NCBI GenBank assembly: GCA_041736175.1
Contig: JBGSUI010000254.1
Span: 1 to 53,659 of the forward strand
Length of the DNA stretch: 53,659 nucleotides
Reading direction: 5' to 3'
Source: Oligoflexales bacterium
GTDB taxonomy: Bacteria; Bdellovibrionota_B; Oligoflexia; Oligoflexales; CAIYRB01
This document shows, piece by piece, positions 7,395 to 17,680 of this stretch. The notes under the pieces are model-generated. The model did no database searches. It was not told the DNA's origin and saw only the letters and a list, made by a program, of their open reading frames with translations. Made by a program: the position numbers and the translations under genes. How positions within the stretch are numbered: position 1 is the first letter of the stretch; each line of letters begins with the position of its first letter.

Positions 7395-8726
7395 TTATTT
7401 GAGCATAGGTCCATTAAGTTGGCTTTGATAAAGGACCTCCATAGGTATAGGGCAGGTGGTCGAAGTGGTTTTTTTATCGTTCATTTTCAGCCAAAAGTTC
7501 CAGGGGTGGCCTCCTTTGGGTAGCCCTGAAAACTCGAAATACATCCCAAGGCGTCGCTCTCCTGGTTCCAAATCGATGTCCCAATCCATCGATTCTTTAA
7601 ATTGACCAACATCGCCCACATACTGTGGAAAGAATCCTCGTTCTACTAAGGAGCGCTTGATTTCCATCTTCATAGTCAAGGATTTTTCGGCGGTTTCTAG
7701 TCCGAAACTATACTGACATAGGGAGCTACGACAGTAGGCCATTCCCGTTTGGCTAAGATTTTTCCAGCCTAAGCCAATCTTTCCCACGTCTAACGGGGGC
7801 ATACGGGTCTTGATAGTATTGCGATTGATTTCGTTTGGAAGAACCCAAGTGTAGAGAATACCGCTTTTGGGATTTAAGTATCTATAGGAGTCAACTGGTA
7901 GATTGATCATCATAGGAATATGCCCAGAGTCCTCAAAAAAGGCCACATCGGTAGACAAACTCATATCTAGTTTAAAAAACAAGATCCTGAGAAAAAAAGT
8001 CAGCCGCGCCAGATTGGCTATGGGCCCAAGTCTGGAGTCTTCGAGTCTGGATTCAATCTGCTTTGAATCAAAATGGAGAGTGAAAAAATTCTTGACGTCT
8101 GAAGTAATGACTAATTTAGAATTATTAGCCACTCTTTCTAGGGTTTTATTAGCCCTTCTTAGGTAAATGTTGTCAAACTGCATAAAGTTTTCATTGTTAA
8201 ATTCATAAAGATAATGGCGAGTCTCTAGAGAGCTTTTTTGTTTGTTAAACAAAACTGTTTGCGGACCATTTTTTAATAGGTCTTTGTCATGACAGTTTGT
8301 GAGGTAAGCAAACCTGTTTGTGCCTGGCACTTTCATCTCAAAAACATCGGCATGTAAACAGGGAATTTTGTGATTTTTGAGATCAATTTTGTCTCCGAAG
8401 GTCTCAGTTCGAAACATGATTAAATCGGTCGGGGCTAAGGAGCTACTCATATAGTTTTTGGTTGCGAAATCAATATGACCCTGTTGGTCAATGGGGTCTA
8501 CTTGCAGGGGGACAGGAGTCCATTGAACTGAGGATTTAGGGCCTGCAACCCCCGTATATTTCCCCGAATAGATTACGAGTTCTTGACGTTTAGCCTGTAT
8601 TTGGGGTAGCAAGTCTTGGCCAAAAAGTGCTGCAGGGCATGCCTCGGCTTTTTGACTTGTAAACACCGCTCCTAGGTAAATCCCATAGCTAAGCCCATAA
8701 CAAAGCAACCTAGGAGCTAACATCAT
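7395..8726 (-). CDS. Hypothetical secreted protein
   Basis: Long ORF; start moved to ATG 8726 to avoid queA overlap; signal-like MMLAPRLL...AEA/C. Confidence 0.75.
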   Translation of the reverse strand: MMLAPRLLCYGLSYGIYLGAVFTSQKAEACPAALFGQDLLPQIQAKRQELVIYSGKYTGVAGPKSSVQWTPVPLQVDPIDQQGHIDFATKNYMSSSLAPTDLIMFRTETFGDKIDLKNHKIPCLHADVFEMKVPGTNRFAYLTNCHDKDLLKNGPQTVLFNKQKSSLETRHYLYEFNNENFMQFDNIYLRRANKTLERVANNSKLVITSDVKNFFTLHFDSKQIESRLEDSRLGPIANLARLTFFLRILFFKLDMSLSTDVAFFEDSGHIPMMINLPVDSYRYLNPKSGILYTWVLPNEINRNTIKTRMPPLDVGKIGLGWKNLSQTGMAYCRSSLCQYSFGLETAEKSLTMKMEIKRSLVERGFFPQYVGDVGQFKESMDWDIDLEPGERRLGMYFEFSGLPKGGHPWNFWLKMNDKKTTSTTCPIPMEVLYQSQLNGPMLK

Positions 8727-8748
8727 CCTACAGTGAGCCAAAAACCAT

Positions 8749-9933
8749 TTGATGAATTCTGAAAAACCCAATCTTTTAGATCCTTTAGAAAATCTCAAAT
8801 CTGAGCATTTTGATTTTACCATACCCAGTGCGCTCGTCGCCCATGCACCACTATCCCAAAGAGACCAGTCTAGACTCCTTATCTATGAAAGTCCGGGAAT
8901 TTATCACCAAACCATGGTTAAGAATCTGGCGGATATCTTGCCCAAGGGGGCCGTGCTTATCTTTAATAACTCACGGGTATTCCCAAGCCGTTTGCTGGGG
9001 ACCCTCGCCACAGGGGGAGGGGTGGAGGTTTTTTTAACCAAAGAGCTAGTTCTCTCCGAATCCCACAAGTGCCGCTGGTGGGCGTTGGGACGCCCACTTA
9101 AGAAATTAACCCCTGGAAAAGTCGTCTCCTTTGCTGCCACAGGCAACAGGGGCCAAACCGACTGTGGATTAACGGCTGTGATCGTTAAAAGACAAGACGA
9201 TCAAGTTTTATTGGAGTTTGAAAAGTCTGCTACCTCCGTCAATGAATGGATCGACCAATGGGGCATCATCCCCCTGCCGCCCTATATTCACCGGGACCAG
9301 GCAAAACCTGCACTCGAATCCCCTGATCGAATGAGTTACCAAACGGTTTTTGCCAAAGATCGGGGTTCAGTCGCCGCGCCTACTGCTGGACTCCACTTTA
9401 GCGAGCATCTCCTCAACCAGCTCTCCGAAAAGGGAATCCAACTAAGGTTTCTCTCCCTCCACGTCGGCGCAGGGACCTTTCTACCTGTTAAATCTGATGT
9501 CATTCAAAATCATAGAATGCACCACGAATCCTTTATGGTCCCTCGTCAAACGCTCCATGATATTTTCCAGGCCAAACAGGACGGCGCACCCGTGATCGCC
9601 GTAGGAACGACAAGTCTACGAAGCCTGGAGGATCTCTATCGAAAAGGAACTGGCAACCCCGACCAAATCCTCAGTCTAGGCAACCAGTGGCATGAAACTA
9701 ATCTTTTTCTCTATCCTACCCACAAAGATGACCGCTACACCCCCTGGATGATTGATGGCCTCCTCACCAATTTTCACCAACCCAAATCCACGCTTTTTAT
9801 GCTTATAAGCCTTCTCATGGGGCTGGACAACGCCAAACAGTTCTACCAATTTGCCTTTGATAACCAGTTTCGGTTATTTAGCTATGGAGACTCAAGCCTT
9901 TTGTGGCTTCGCAAGCCACAAAAGGCCGTTTAA
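8749..9933 (+). CDS. queA: S-adenosylmethionine:tRNA ribosyltransferase-isomerase
   Basis: PLPPYI, GSVAAPTAGLHF, LHVGAGTFLPV, AVGTTSLR, TNFHQPKSTL, FSYGD. Confidence 0.96.
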   Translation: MMNSEKPNLLDPLENLKSEHFDFTIPSALVAHAPLSQRDQSRLLIYESPGIYHQTMVKNLADILPKGAVLIFNNSRVFPSRLLGTLATGGGVEVFLTKELVLSESHKCRWWALGRPLKKLTPGKVVSFAATGNRGQTDCGLTAVIVKRQDDQVLLEFEKSATSVNEWIDQWGIIPLPPYIHRDQAKPALESPDRMSYQTVFAKDRGSVAAPTAGLHFSEHLLNQLSEKGIQLRFLSLHVGAGTFLPVKSDVIQNHRMHHESFMVPRQTLHDIFQAKQDGAPVIAVGTTSLRSLEDLYRKGTGNPDQILSLGNQWHETNLFLYPTHKDDRYTPWMIDGLLTNFHQPKSTLFMLISLLMGLDNAKQFYQFAFDNQFRLFSYGDSSLLWLRKPQKAV

Positions 9934-9948
9934 ATCCTAGATCAGCGG

Positions 9949-10689
9949 CTATTTTCTGCGCTCTATGATTTTGACCAAAAGCTGCATGTCTTCGATTTGT
10001 TGGCGGAGCGACTTGATCTCTAAATCTTTCGCCGAAATCGTTGCCTCCAGAGCCTCAAGTTTGCTTTTAAAGCGATCGATGGCTTTGCGTTCTAGCTCCA
10101 TAGCCTTTCTTACGGTAGCCTCGCAATAGGCCAGCAAAGCTTTCGTATCCACGGTGGCATTGGTCGCTTCTGCAAGGGGTCGCCATAGATTTTCTGGGAT
10201 GATCGCGGAATCTCTGGGTGGTCCGTTGTGGGGTGCGGGTTGTTGATAAGAGATAGGTGTACCAAGGGGCGTGTCACTCGGGCGTCCATGGAGGGGGGCG
10301 TAGCTATTTCTGGGCAGCTGGGGGGACTGAACCCTCGGCTGCTGGCTTTGCTGGTAGACACCTTGGTTATGATGTTGGGTCTGGTGAGAAGGTTGGAAGT
10401 TGCTTTGATACCCGTTCATTGGTTGGTGACTCTGCTGATCGTGTTGGATCGACGGACCAGGTTGTGGATGGGCTTTGACCAGAGTCATGGGAGCCTGCTC
10501 TATCTCTGTCCTTGGCCCTGCAAACTGGTGGTCCTGCTGCATCTTTTCAATTTCAGACATTGGGATATAATATTTCCCGTCCTGTAATACAGCTTGGAGC
10601 TTTCCGGTTTTAATCCTTCGCCTGATTGTCATATCAGAGATCTTATACCGTCGGGCAAACTCTACTATCGATAACCATTGTTCCGCCAT
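9949..10689 (-). CDS. HTH DNA-binding protein with Gln/Pro/His-rich linker and C-terminal coiled coil
   Basis: MAEQWLSIVEFARRYKISDMTIRRRIKTGKL (MerR/excisionase-like HTH); start moved to ATG 10689 after GGGGAG. Confidence 0.75.
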   Translation of the reverse strand: MAEQWLSIVEFARRYKISDMTIRRRIKTGKLQAVLQDGKYYIPMSEIEKMQQDHQFAGPRTEIEQAPMTLVKAHPQPGPSIQHDQQSHQPMNGYQSNFQPSHQTQHHNQGVYQQSQQPRVQSPQLPRNSYAPLHGRPSDTPLGTPISYQQPAPHNGPPRDSAIIPENLWRPLAEATNATVDTKALLAYCEATVRKAMELERKAIDRFKSKLEALEATISAKDLEIKSLRQQIEDMQLLVKIIERRK

Positions 10690-10875
10690 ACCTGTGACTC
10701 CCCATTGACCATTGCGGCTACAATACCTCTCTAGCTTATCAACTCCGACCAGTGGCCTAAAGTCCGTCAACCCTATGGCTCTAGGCAAAAGATGCTGGGA
10801 AACACTTGGGCGATTACCCTTGAGCTTGCGTGATATGCGCGATGACCCTTGAGCTTCCAAGACCTAAAGATTTTA

Positions 10876-13215
10876 TTAAAAAATCTCCTCGCCATCGGGG
10901 AGCTGGCTTGGCATTTCTGGCAGCTTTACCAAATATTTTTCGTCCGTATAGATGCGCTTATAGTTGATATAATTTTTCATCACTTCGCGCACATATCGCC
11001 GGGTTTCACGGTAGGAGATGGATTCTACAAACTCGTCTACACTGCAACCTTTACAGCTATCAAGCCAGTGATTAACCGCATGGGGACCACCATTGTAGGC
11101 TGCTACTGCTAAAAAAGGGTTTCCTCCATAGTATCTCAGCAGCCTATCCAGATAGTAGGCACCATAGGAAATATTCACCTCGGGTCGGTCCAGATGCAGA
11201 ATATTAAAATCTTGGTCACCAATGAGGGTGGCTATTTTCATGGCGGTATAGGGCATAAGTTGCATAAGTCCTTCTGCACCAACCCCCGACCGGGCCTCCC
11301 TTCTGTAAAAGCTCTCAGCTCGCATGACCGAAAGAACTAAAAAGGGTGAAACTTTGATTTTTTGCGAAATAGGAGCCACATACTGGTGATAGGCGTAAGG
11401 GTAGTAAACTTTCCAGTCGTTGTTATAACGAGATTGATGGCTTACAAAATCCTCCCAACGGTCAGGAATGCTCCTTAGGGGAGAAAAGCCAATATAGCGA
11501 ATTTTTCGAGAAGGTAGATAGTCTCGTAAATAGTAAGACAACCGACTCACCGCAGCAAAAGCTTCCTCATGATTTATTTTGCCCCAATTCAGGCTATTTA
11601 ACTGCACCGAAGCGACATCTTTAAGACCCGCCTTGAGTAGATCAGCGATCATTTTATAATTCGGCCCCAGATCCTTGGTGGCATCTAAATCTAGTGGTTC
11701 AGTGAGTTGTCCGGACATTAACTTAGCCGCTAACGCCATTCCTCCAGGGGATCGACTTGTCCCCTCCACCTGTAAGGTTCCAGGAGTACTCCTTATTAAC
11801 TGCGGTTTTCTCGTGACAACAAGGTTAGCATAAAACGACTCTCCTGATTCATCTAAAATCCGACGATAGATGCTCGCCGCTTCTGCATGTTTACCCAGAT
11901 TTTCGAGTATTCTTCCATGCCAATATTCTGCGGTTACTGCATCATCACCCTGCCTAAACAACGATTTCCCATACCTTTCAAGAAGATCGAGAGCTTGAGG
12001 ATATTGCTTGGATCGATATAAACTCCAAAAATTTTGCCATCTGATAAGACTATTCTCTTTCTTTTCTAAAGATCTTCTATAAAACTCTCCAGATTCTTTA
12101 GGAGCATTGCTATACCGCAAAGCATCCGCCATGTTCTCGTAAACTAAGGGTAGAGAACCGCTTTTTGGGTAATCGGCGATAAACTTGGAAAAATACATGG
12201 TAGCCATCATGGGCTCGAACATTCTTAGATGGATCCTCCCTAAATCAAACAGGTAAGATCCCATGAGTGACCCTTGAGGCTTGTGCTTTTCGATGTCATA
12301 AAGTTCTCTCGTTTTGGCAAGGGCCTCTCTATAAAACCGAGCCCGGTATAAAAAATCAGCCTTTTCATCCTCCGTCATAACCCTAACCTTTAAGTCATTG
12401 TGACGAATGGGCATATCGATGATATTGGTGATAAATTCACTAATCCCATTATGAATGATGGCGTTTTTTGCAAGATAAAGTAAAAACCGGCGAGAAAAAT
12501 AATAGGCGGGTTTTTTCTGTTTTTGACCATCTTTACAGGAGAGATCTAGGAGGTGATAGAAAGCCCATCGGGATTCAGGTGTCGTTGGATAGCCGCGAGC
12601 CAGTTCTTCGGCCAGATCTAGGGATTTTTCAAACTCACCTTTTTTTTCCAATGCCTGTATGGTGAGTTGGGCCAGAGCTTCCTGTTTCCGACTAAAGCTG
12701 AATTTTTTGGTATAACTACCGAACAATTCGATAACTTTTTTGAAATCTTTGAGTTCAAAATTAGCTTCGATTGCTAGTGTCAAAGCTAGCTTTTCGAAAG
12801 AATCCTGGACATTTTTTTCGAGAACCAGGTCTTCGGCTATTTTTGCAGCCTGGGCTATTTGGCCAGACTTAAGATAGGCTTGCCCCAAATAGTATTGAAT
12901 GACAATTCGCAACGGATCATCAGGAGCTTTGCTGGTTTGGGATTCAGTAAGAAATTTGACTGCTTCTTTCGGATTAGTTTCTAGGCTATGAAACCCTCGC
13001 CCTAAATTTATGATTCTTAGATCTTCTGCAACACTGGTATTGAGAAAACCTTGCTTTGCAGTATCTACTTTTGTCTGATTGCGCTCCTCTTCTTCTTTTC
13101 GAAGCTGGTTGAGAACATCCACGGCGTCCCCCTCACGAGAGGAGGCTTTGGAATTTGGGATCATGACGAAAAAAAACAGAAACCAAAGGGCTATCCCAAG
13201 CGGTAGACCGTACAA
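10876..13215 (-). CDS. Soluble lytic murein transglycosylase with TPR-like N-terminus
   Basis: VMRAES, AEGLMQLMP, AAYNGG, ETRRYV SLT motifs; helical repeats upstream. Confidence 0.92.
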   Translation of the reverse strand: MYGLPLGIALWFLFFFVMIPNSKASSREGDAVDVLNQLRKEEEERNQTKVDTAKQGFLNTSVAEDLRIINLGRGFHSLETNPKEAVKFLTESQTSKAPDDPLRIVIQYYLGQAYLKSGQIAQAAKIAEDLVLEKNVQDSFEKLALTLAIEANFELKDFKKVIELFGSYTKKFSFSRKQEALAQLTIQALEKKGEFEKSLDLAEELARGYPTTPESRWAFYHLLDLSCKDGQKQKKPAYYFSRRFLLYLAKNAIIHNGISEFITNIIDMPIRHNDLKVRVMTEDEKADFLYRARFYREALAKTRELYDIEKHKPQGSLMGSYLFDLGRIHLRMFEPMMATMYFSKFIADYPKSGSLPLVYENMADALRYSNAPKESGEFYRRSLEKKENSLIRWQNFWSLYRSKQYPQALDLLERYGKSLFRQGDDAVTAEYWHGRILENLGKHAEAASIYRRILDESGESFYANLVVTRKPQLIRSTPGTLQVEGTSRSPGGMALAAKLMSGQLTEPLDLDATKDLGPNYKMIADLLKAGLKDVASVQLNSLNWGKINHEEAFAAVSRLSYYLRDYLPSRKIRYIGFSPLRSIPDRWEDFVSHQSRYNNDWKVYYPYAYHQYVAPISQKIKVSPFLVLSVMRAESFYRREARSGVGAEGLMQLMPYTAMKIATLIGDQDFNILHLDRPEVNISYGAYYLDRLLRYYGGNPFLAVAAYNGGPHAVNHWLDSCKGCSVDEFVESISYRETRRYVREVMKNYINYKRIYTDEKYLVKLPEMPSQLPDGEEIF

Positions 13216-13329
13216 GTAGAATGTCTCCCTATGCTGGCACTATGATGACTGATCCTGATATTCTAACACCAGTCAATTTCGGATCGGTAATCACGATGAA
13301 GACCTTAGGAAAACCTAATCTGAGGATTT

Positions 13330-13971
13330 CTACTCTTCTTGTAATCCATAAGAATCGCCAGCTTTTCGCCTTAAAGTCTCCAATACCAACATATCAAAGG
13401 TAAGTATCATCACACCAACGGTGATGGCACTATCTGCAACATTAAAGTTTGGAAAATCGTATCTCCAACCTAAAATATTCCACCGCACATCTATAAAATC
13501 GATCACAAAACCATGTTGGACCCTGTCCAGAAAATTCCCCAAGGCACCGCTTAAGATCAGGCCCAAAGCAAACACGGCAAAGCGATGGTGGGCCGGTGTT
13601 GCGCGCATATAGACACCGATGATAATGACAGCCAAAACCGTGACGGAATAAAAAAACGGCACTCTAATATGGTTGGGAAGATTGGAAAGTGCTCCCCACG
13701 CTGCTCCCAGGTTCCGTACATAATTGGTGGCAAATGCTAAATAGAATTGATCAGGTGCTCCGATGGGATCGCCAAATGCATAGAGAGGCACTCGTTGGCC
13801 TTGATACTGGGTTAAATCCGTTTCGTGAGACCATCTCATAAGCTCCTCTTGAGCGTGAAATTTAGAGACCTGGTCTAAACCCACGCTGCCGATAAGCATG
13901 ATCAGCAGGCAAACCAAGGAATAGATCTTGGTTCGCTTCGCTTCGGGTGTTAGCTTAACGGATAATGTCAT
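13330..13971 (-). CDS. lspA: Lipoprotein signal peptidase II
   Basis: LDQVSK, NLGAAWG, GALGNFLDR, VIDFI, FNVADSAI. Confidence 0.95.
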   Translation of the reverse strand: MTLSVKLTPEAKRTKIYSLVCLLIMLIGSVGLDQVSKFHAQEELMRWSHETDLTQYQGQRVPLYAFGDPIGAPDQFYLAFATNYVRNLGAAWGALSNLPNHIRVPFFYSVTVLAVIIIGVYMRATPAHHRFAVFALGLILSGALGNFLDRVQHGFVIDFIDVRWNILGWRYDFPNFNVADSAITVGVMILTFDMLVLETLRRKAGDSYGLQEE

Positions 13972-14004
13972 GTGATGCTCCTTGCTGCATGAAAGTCTGA
14001 CCCT

Positions 14005-14682
14005 GTGATCTTAGCAAAGGCCCCCTCAATCTACCAGTTGACTCGACCACCTGGAATTATCTTTGACTTTGATGGAGTCCTCGTCGACAGCCTAGAGTTT
14101 CACCTAGCTGCCTGGAATCAGGCTACCTTGCAGATCTTTCAAAAACCAATTAAAAACCCAAACCAATTAAAAGGCATGAGCACGCGGGCCATTGCCGGAC
14201 TGATCTCCAAACAGTTTGGTCAACAAAAGCTGGCCAAAGACCTCGCTCGACTTAAAACCGATAAATTGATCGAGGTCGCCGATAAAATCCCGTTATTACA
14301 TGGTGTTAAATCTTTTTTAGAGCAATGCCATGCCCGAGCCCTCCCCATGGCTATCGGTAGCAACTCCAGCAAACATTTTGTGCAGGCTGTGGTAAACCTC
14401 CAAAACCTCCCCATTCAGATTATTCTAGGTTTTGAAGATGCCCCCAAGCAGAAACCCCACCCTGATATCTATCTCGCATGTGCACTCGCTATGAGGATCC
14501 CACGGGATCAATGGGCTGCCCTACCGGTTTTTGAAGACTCATGCCATGGACTTGAGGCAGCCAAGAAGGCTCAGATGTTGCCCATTGGGGTCGCAACCCT
14601 CCACCCAAGGGAACTCCTCCTTGAAAAGGGGGCCCAGGCCGTGGTGGATCACTTAGGACAAGTCAATCTCGTGCTCGATTAA
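14005..14682 (+). CDS. HAD-superfamily phosphatase (beta-PGM-like)
   Basis: FDFDGVLVDS, KPHPDIY, FEDS. Confidence 0.9.
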   Translation: MILAKAPSIYQLTRPPGIIFDFDGVLVDSLEFHLAAWNQATLQIFQKPIKNPNQLKGMSTRAIAGLISKQFGQQKLAKDLARLKTDKLIEVADKIPLLHGVKSFLEQCHARALPMAIGSNSSKHFVQAVVNLQNLPIQIILGFEDAPKQKPHPDIYLACALAMRIPRDQWAALPVFEDSCHGLEAAKKAQMLPIGVATLHPRELLLEKGAQAVVDHLGQVNLVLD

Positions 14683-15844
14683 GCTGAGAGCGCAGCTTAT
14701 AGCGGCTCCATGCGGCGTCGATAAGAGCCGAAATAAGTTGTTTTGAATCGAGACCTGAATGTTTCCACATAACAGGAAACAGAGAAATTTCCGTAAAACC
14801 AGGAATGGTGTTCACCTCGTTAAACAAAAATTCATGGGTGTCTTGATCTAAAAAGAAATCTACTCGTGATAGTCCATATAAATCGAGGGCTTTATAGCAT
14901 ACCTTTGCCATTTCCTGAACTTGTCGGGTTTCTTCCGGCGTCAAGCGAGAAGGCACCTGGGTGTGAGACGCCGTTTTATTCTGGTATTTTGCCTCGAAAG
15001 AGTAAAAGTCTGAGTGGACGACAATCTCACCGGGACACGACACCCGTGGCTCATTTCCTGGGATATCTCCTGGGCTATCTCCCGGCTGTATTATATCCAG
15101 GACCCCAACCTCGATCTCCCGTGCCCTGATGCCTTTTTCTACTAGGATTTTGTCATCATATTCAAAAGCCTTGTCGCATGCGTTTTGGGCCTCCCCAAAT
15201 GTTTTCACCTTGGTGACTCCCACAGAACTCCCTAATCTTGCTGGCTTCACAAAGAGTGGCCATCCATAGGTAGCACCAAAAACTTCCACTTGTTTGAGAT
15301 CTGAAGGCCCCCACTGGGATTTTTTCAGTGCTATGCTAGGCACCACTTTTATGCCCGCAGCCTCCACCAGCTTTTTTGCAATAACTTTATCCATCCCTAT
15401 GGCCGATCCCAAAACATCAGGCCCCACATAGGGAATTTCTCCGTATTCTAGAAGCCCTTGAAGGGTGCCGTCCTCGCCGCCCGTACCATGAATCATCGGA
15501 AAAACCACCAGGTTTGGGGGATTTTGGTCTTTAGCGCCCATGATCCGAGCAAAAATCTCTGCCGCTGGATGGCGTCGCTCCTTTGAGGATAAAAGCTGGG
15601 GATTAAAAACCAAGGATTCAAGGGGAATCTCTTCGGTCACGGGTAGGGGGCCTTTGATGTCACCGGCAAAGGGACCACCGTATTGGACATACCAGCGTCC
15701 ACTCTTAGCGATCCCGATCCCATAGGCGTTGTAGCCCAAAGCCCTCACATTTTGCACAATAAAAGCGGCGCTCTTACAGGAAATCTCGTGTTCTGTTGAG
15801 CGCCCCCCATAGATAACCACCACATCGAAAGGACTTTTTCTCAC
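14663..15844 (-). CDS. ddl: D-alanine--D-alanine ligase
   Basis: GGRSTEHEIS, HGTGGEDG, VKPARLGSSVG, FEAKY, NEVNTIPG. Confidence 0.95.
   Translation of the reverse strand: MRKSPFDVVVIYGGRSTEHEISCKSAAFIVQNVRALGYNAYGIGIAKSGRWYVQYGGPFAGDIKGPLPVTEEIPLESLVFNPQLLSSKERRHPAAEIFARIMGAKDQNPPNLVVFPMIHGTGGEDGTLQGLLEYGEIPYVGPDVLGSAIGMDKVIAKKLVEAAGIKVVPSIALKKSQWGPSDLKQVEVFGATYGWPLFVKPARLGSSVGVTKVKTFGEAQNACDKAFEYDDKILVEKGIRAREIEVGVLDIIQPGDSPGDIPGNEPRVSCPGEIVVHSDFYSFEAKYQNKTASHTQVPSRLTPEETRQVQEMAKVCYKALDLYGLSRVDFFLDQDTHEFLFNEVNTIPGFTEISLFPVMWKHSGLDSKQLISALIDAAWSRYKLRSQLNRARD
15056..15085 (+). repeat. 12-bp in-frame tandem duplication in ddl
   Basis: TCCTGGGATATC TCCTGGGCTATC TCCCGG; encodes PGDSPGDIPG. Confidence 0.6.
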
Positions 15845-15886
15845 CCATCGCCCCTTTAAAGCAGGTCTCCTCGACTTTCGGCCAAA

Positions 15887-17623
15887 TTACTTTTGATCTT
15901 TCGCCCAAGAGTCCTTCAGGGAAACCGTCCGGTTAAAAATCATATTTTGCGGGGTGCTGTCTTTGCTGTCGACACAAAAGTAGCCAAGCCGTTCAAATTG
16001 AAAAACCGTGCGCTGTCCCAGAGTTTGAAGTCCTGGCTCCAACCGAGCTTCTTGGATCACTTCCAGTGAAGATGGATTTAGCAGTGTTGTGAAATCGTCG
16101 GTTTCTTGGGTGCCATTGGGGTTTGCGACCTTAAAGAGCCGATCATAGAGGCGCACCTCAACTTTAAGGGCCTGTTGGGCAGGTACCCAATGGACGATTC
16201 CCTTTACCTTTCTCCCATCGGCAGGGTTTTTGCCCAGAGTCGAGGGATCATGGGTACAGATGAGTTCAATAATGGCCCCTTGGCTATCTTTAACGACCTC
16301 AACGCATTTGATGATATAGGAGTTTCTGAGCCTCACTTCTTTACCTGGTCCCAGCCTAAAAAAATCCTTAGGTGGATTTTCCATAAAGTCATCTTGTTCA
16401 ATAAAAATCTGTTGGGTCATGATCAGTTGGCGGCTGCCATGACTCCCATCTTGGGGATGGTGGGGAGCTTCGATGGCCTCCACATGATCTGCTGCGAGGG
16501 TCTTAATCGTGACCTTGAGGGGGCGCAAGACACACATGGCTCGCGGCGCGAGCTTTTCGAGATCACTGCGGATACAAAACTCTAAGATTCCCATATCCAC
16601 GGTATTATCAGCCCGCGTCACTCCAATCCTCTCGGCAAAATCTCGAATCGAAGCCGGTGTATACCCCCGCCGCCTAAGGCCTGCTAGAGTGGGCATCCTC
16701 GGGTCATCCCACCCTGAAACCAGACCTTCGGTTACTAGCTGTTTGAGTTTTCGCTTACTCATCACCGTATAATTGAGATTGAGTCGGGCAAACTCAATCT
16801 GTTTCGGCCTTGTGTCAAAGGGGGGCAGCTGATCTAAAAACCATTCATACAGGGGACGGTGGTCTTCAAACTCTAGTGTGCATATGGAATGGGTGATTCC
16901 CTCGAGGGCATCGGAAATTCCATGGGCATAGTCATACATCGGATAGATACACCAGCGATCACCGGTTTGATGATGATGGGCATGACGAATCCGGTAAAGA
17001 GCCGGATCTCTTAAATTCATATTTGGCGAGCTCATATCGATCTTAGCTCTCAAAGTATGAGCCCCGTCAGGGAAATCACCGCGCCGCATCGCTTCAAATA
17101 GGGAAAGGTTTTCGTCTACGGAACGGTTCCTAAAAGGGCTGTTGCGCCCCGGCTCTGTCAGAGTTCCCCGATGAGATCTAACCTCATCGCTAGAAAGGCT
17201 GCATACATAGGCTTTGCCTTTTTTTATCAACTCGACACTATATTCATAGAGCTTATCAAAATAATCAGAGGCATTAAATTGGTTTGCCCACTTAAAGCCA
17301 AGCCATTGGACATCCTCGGCTATAGAATGTTTAAACTCGACGTCTTCTGTGACTGGATTGGTGTCGTCAAAGCGTAGATTTGTATGGCCGCCGTACTGCT
17401 CTGCGATTCCAAAGTTTAGGCAAATAGACTTGGCATGCCCTATATGGAGATAGCCGTTTGGTTCCGGCGGAAACCGGGTCGCGACCCGCCCTTGGTTTTT
17501 TTGGTTCTTAAGGTCAGTGTCGATGATGTCGGTGATAAAGTTCTTAACTTTTGGCTTTGATTCCATGGCATTACTTTTTCTATCATGTTTTTGAGAGGCG
17601 TTTGGGTCCATGTCCACACGCAA
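15887..17623 (-). CDS. glnS: Glutamine--tRNA ligase
   Basis: TRFPPEPNGYLHIGH, THSICTLEF, MSKR, FQFERLGYF; true start may be ATG 17566. Confidence 0.97.
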   Translation of the reverse strand: MRVDMDPNASQKHDRKSNAMESKPKVKNFITDIIDTDLKNQKNQGRVATRFPPEPNGYLHIGHAKSICLNFGIAEQYGGHTNLRFDDTNPVTEDVEFKHSIAEDVQWLGFKWANQFNASDYFDKLYEYSVELIKKGKAYVCSLSSDEVRSHRGTLTEPGRNSPFRNRSVDENLSLFEAMRRGDFPDGAHTLRAKIDMSSPNMNLRDPALYRIRHAHHHQTGDRWCIYPMYDYAHGISDALEGITHSICTLEFEDHRPLYEWFLDQLPPFDTRPKQIEFARLNLNYTVMSKRKLKQLVTEGLVSGWDDPRMPTLAGLRRRGYTPASIRDFAERIGVTRADNTVDMGILEFCIRSDLEKLAPRAMCVLRPLKVTIKTLAADHVEAIEAPHHPQDGSHGSRQLIMTQQIFIEQDDFMENPPKDFFRLGPGKEVRLRNSYIIKCVEVVKDSQGAIIELICTHDPSTLGKNPADGRKVKGIVHWVPAQQALKVEVRLYDRLFKVANPNGTQETDDFTTLLNPSSLEVIQEARLEPGLQTLGQRTVFQFERLGYFCVDSKDSTPQNMIFNRTVSLKDSWAKDQK

Positions 17624-17680
17624 GACGCCCCGAAGTTACCATGAACAGAAAACTTTCGCGATCAGATCAAACAAGGCGCC

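Noticed and set aside
14663..15844. D-Ala-D-Lac (vancomycin-resistance type) ligase
   Set aside because: Omega loop keeps EAKY tyrosine of D-Ala-D-Ala ligases; no van genes
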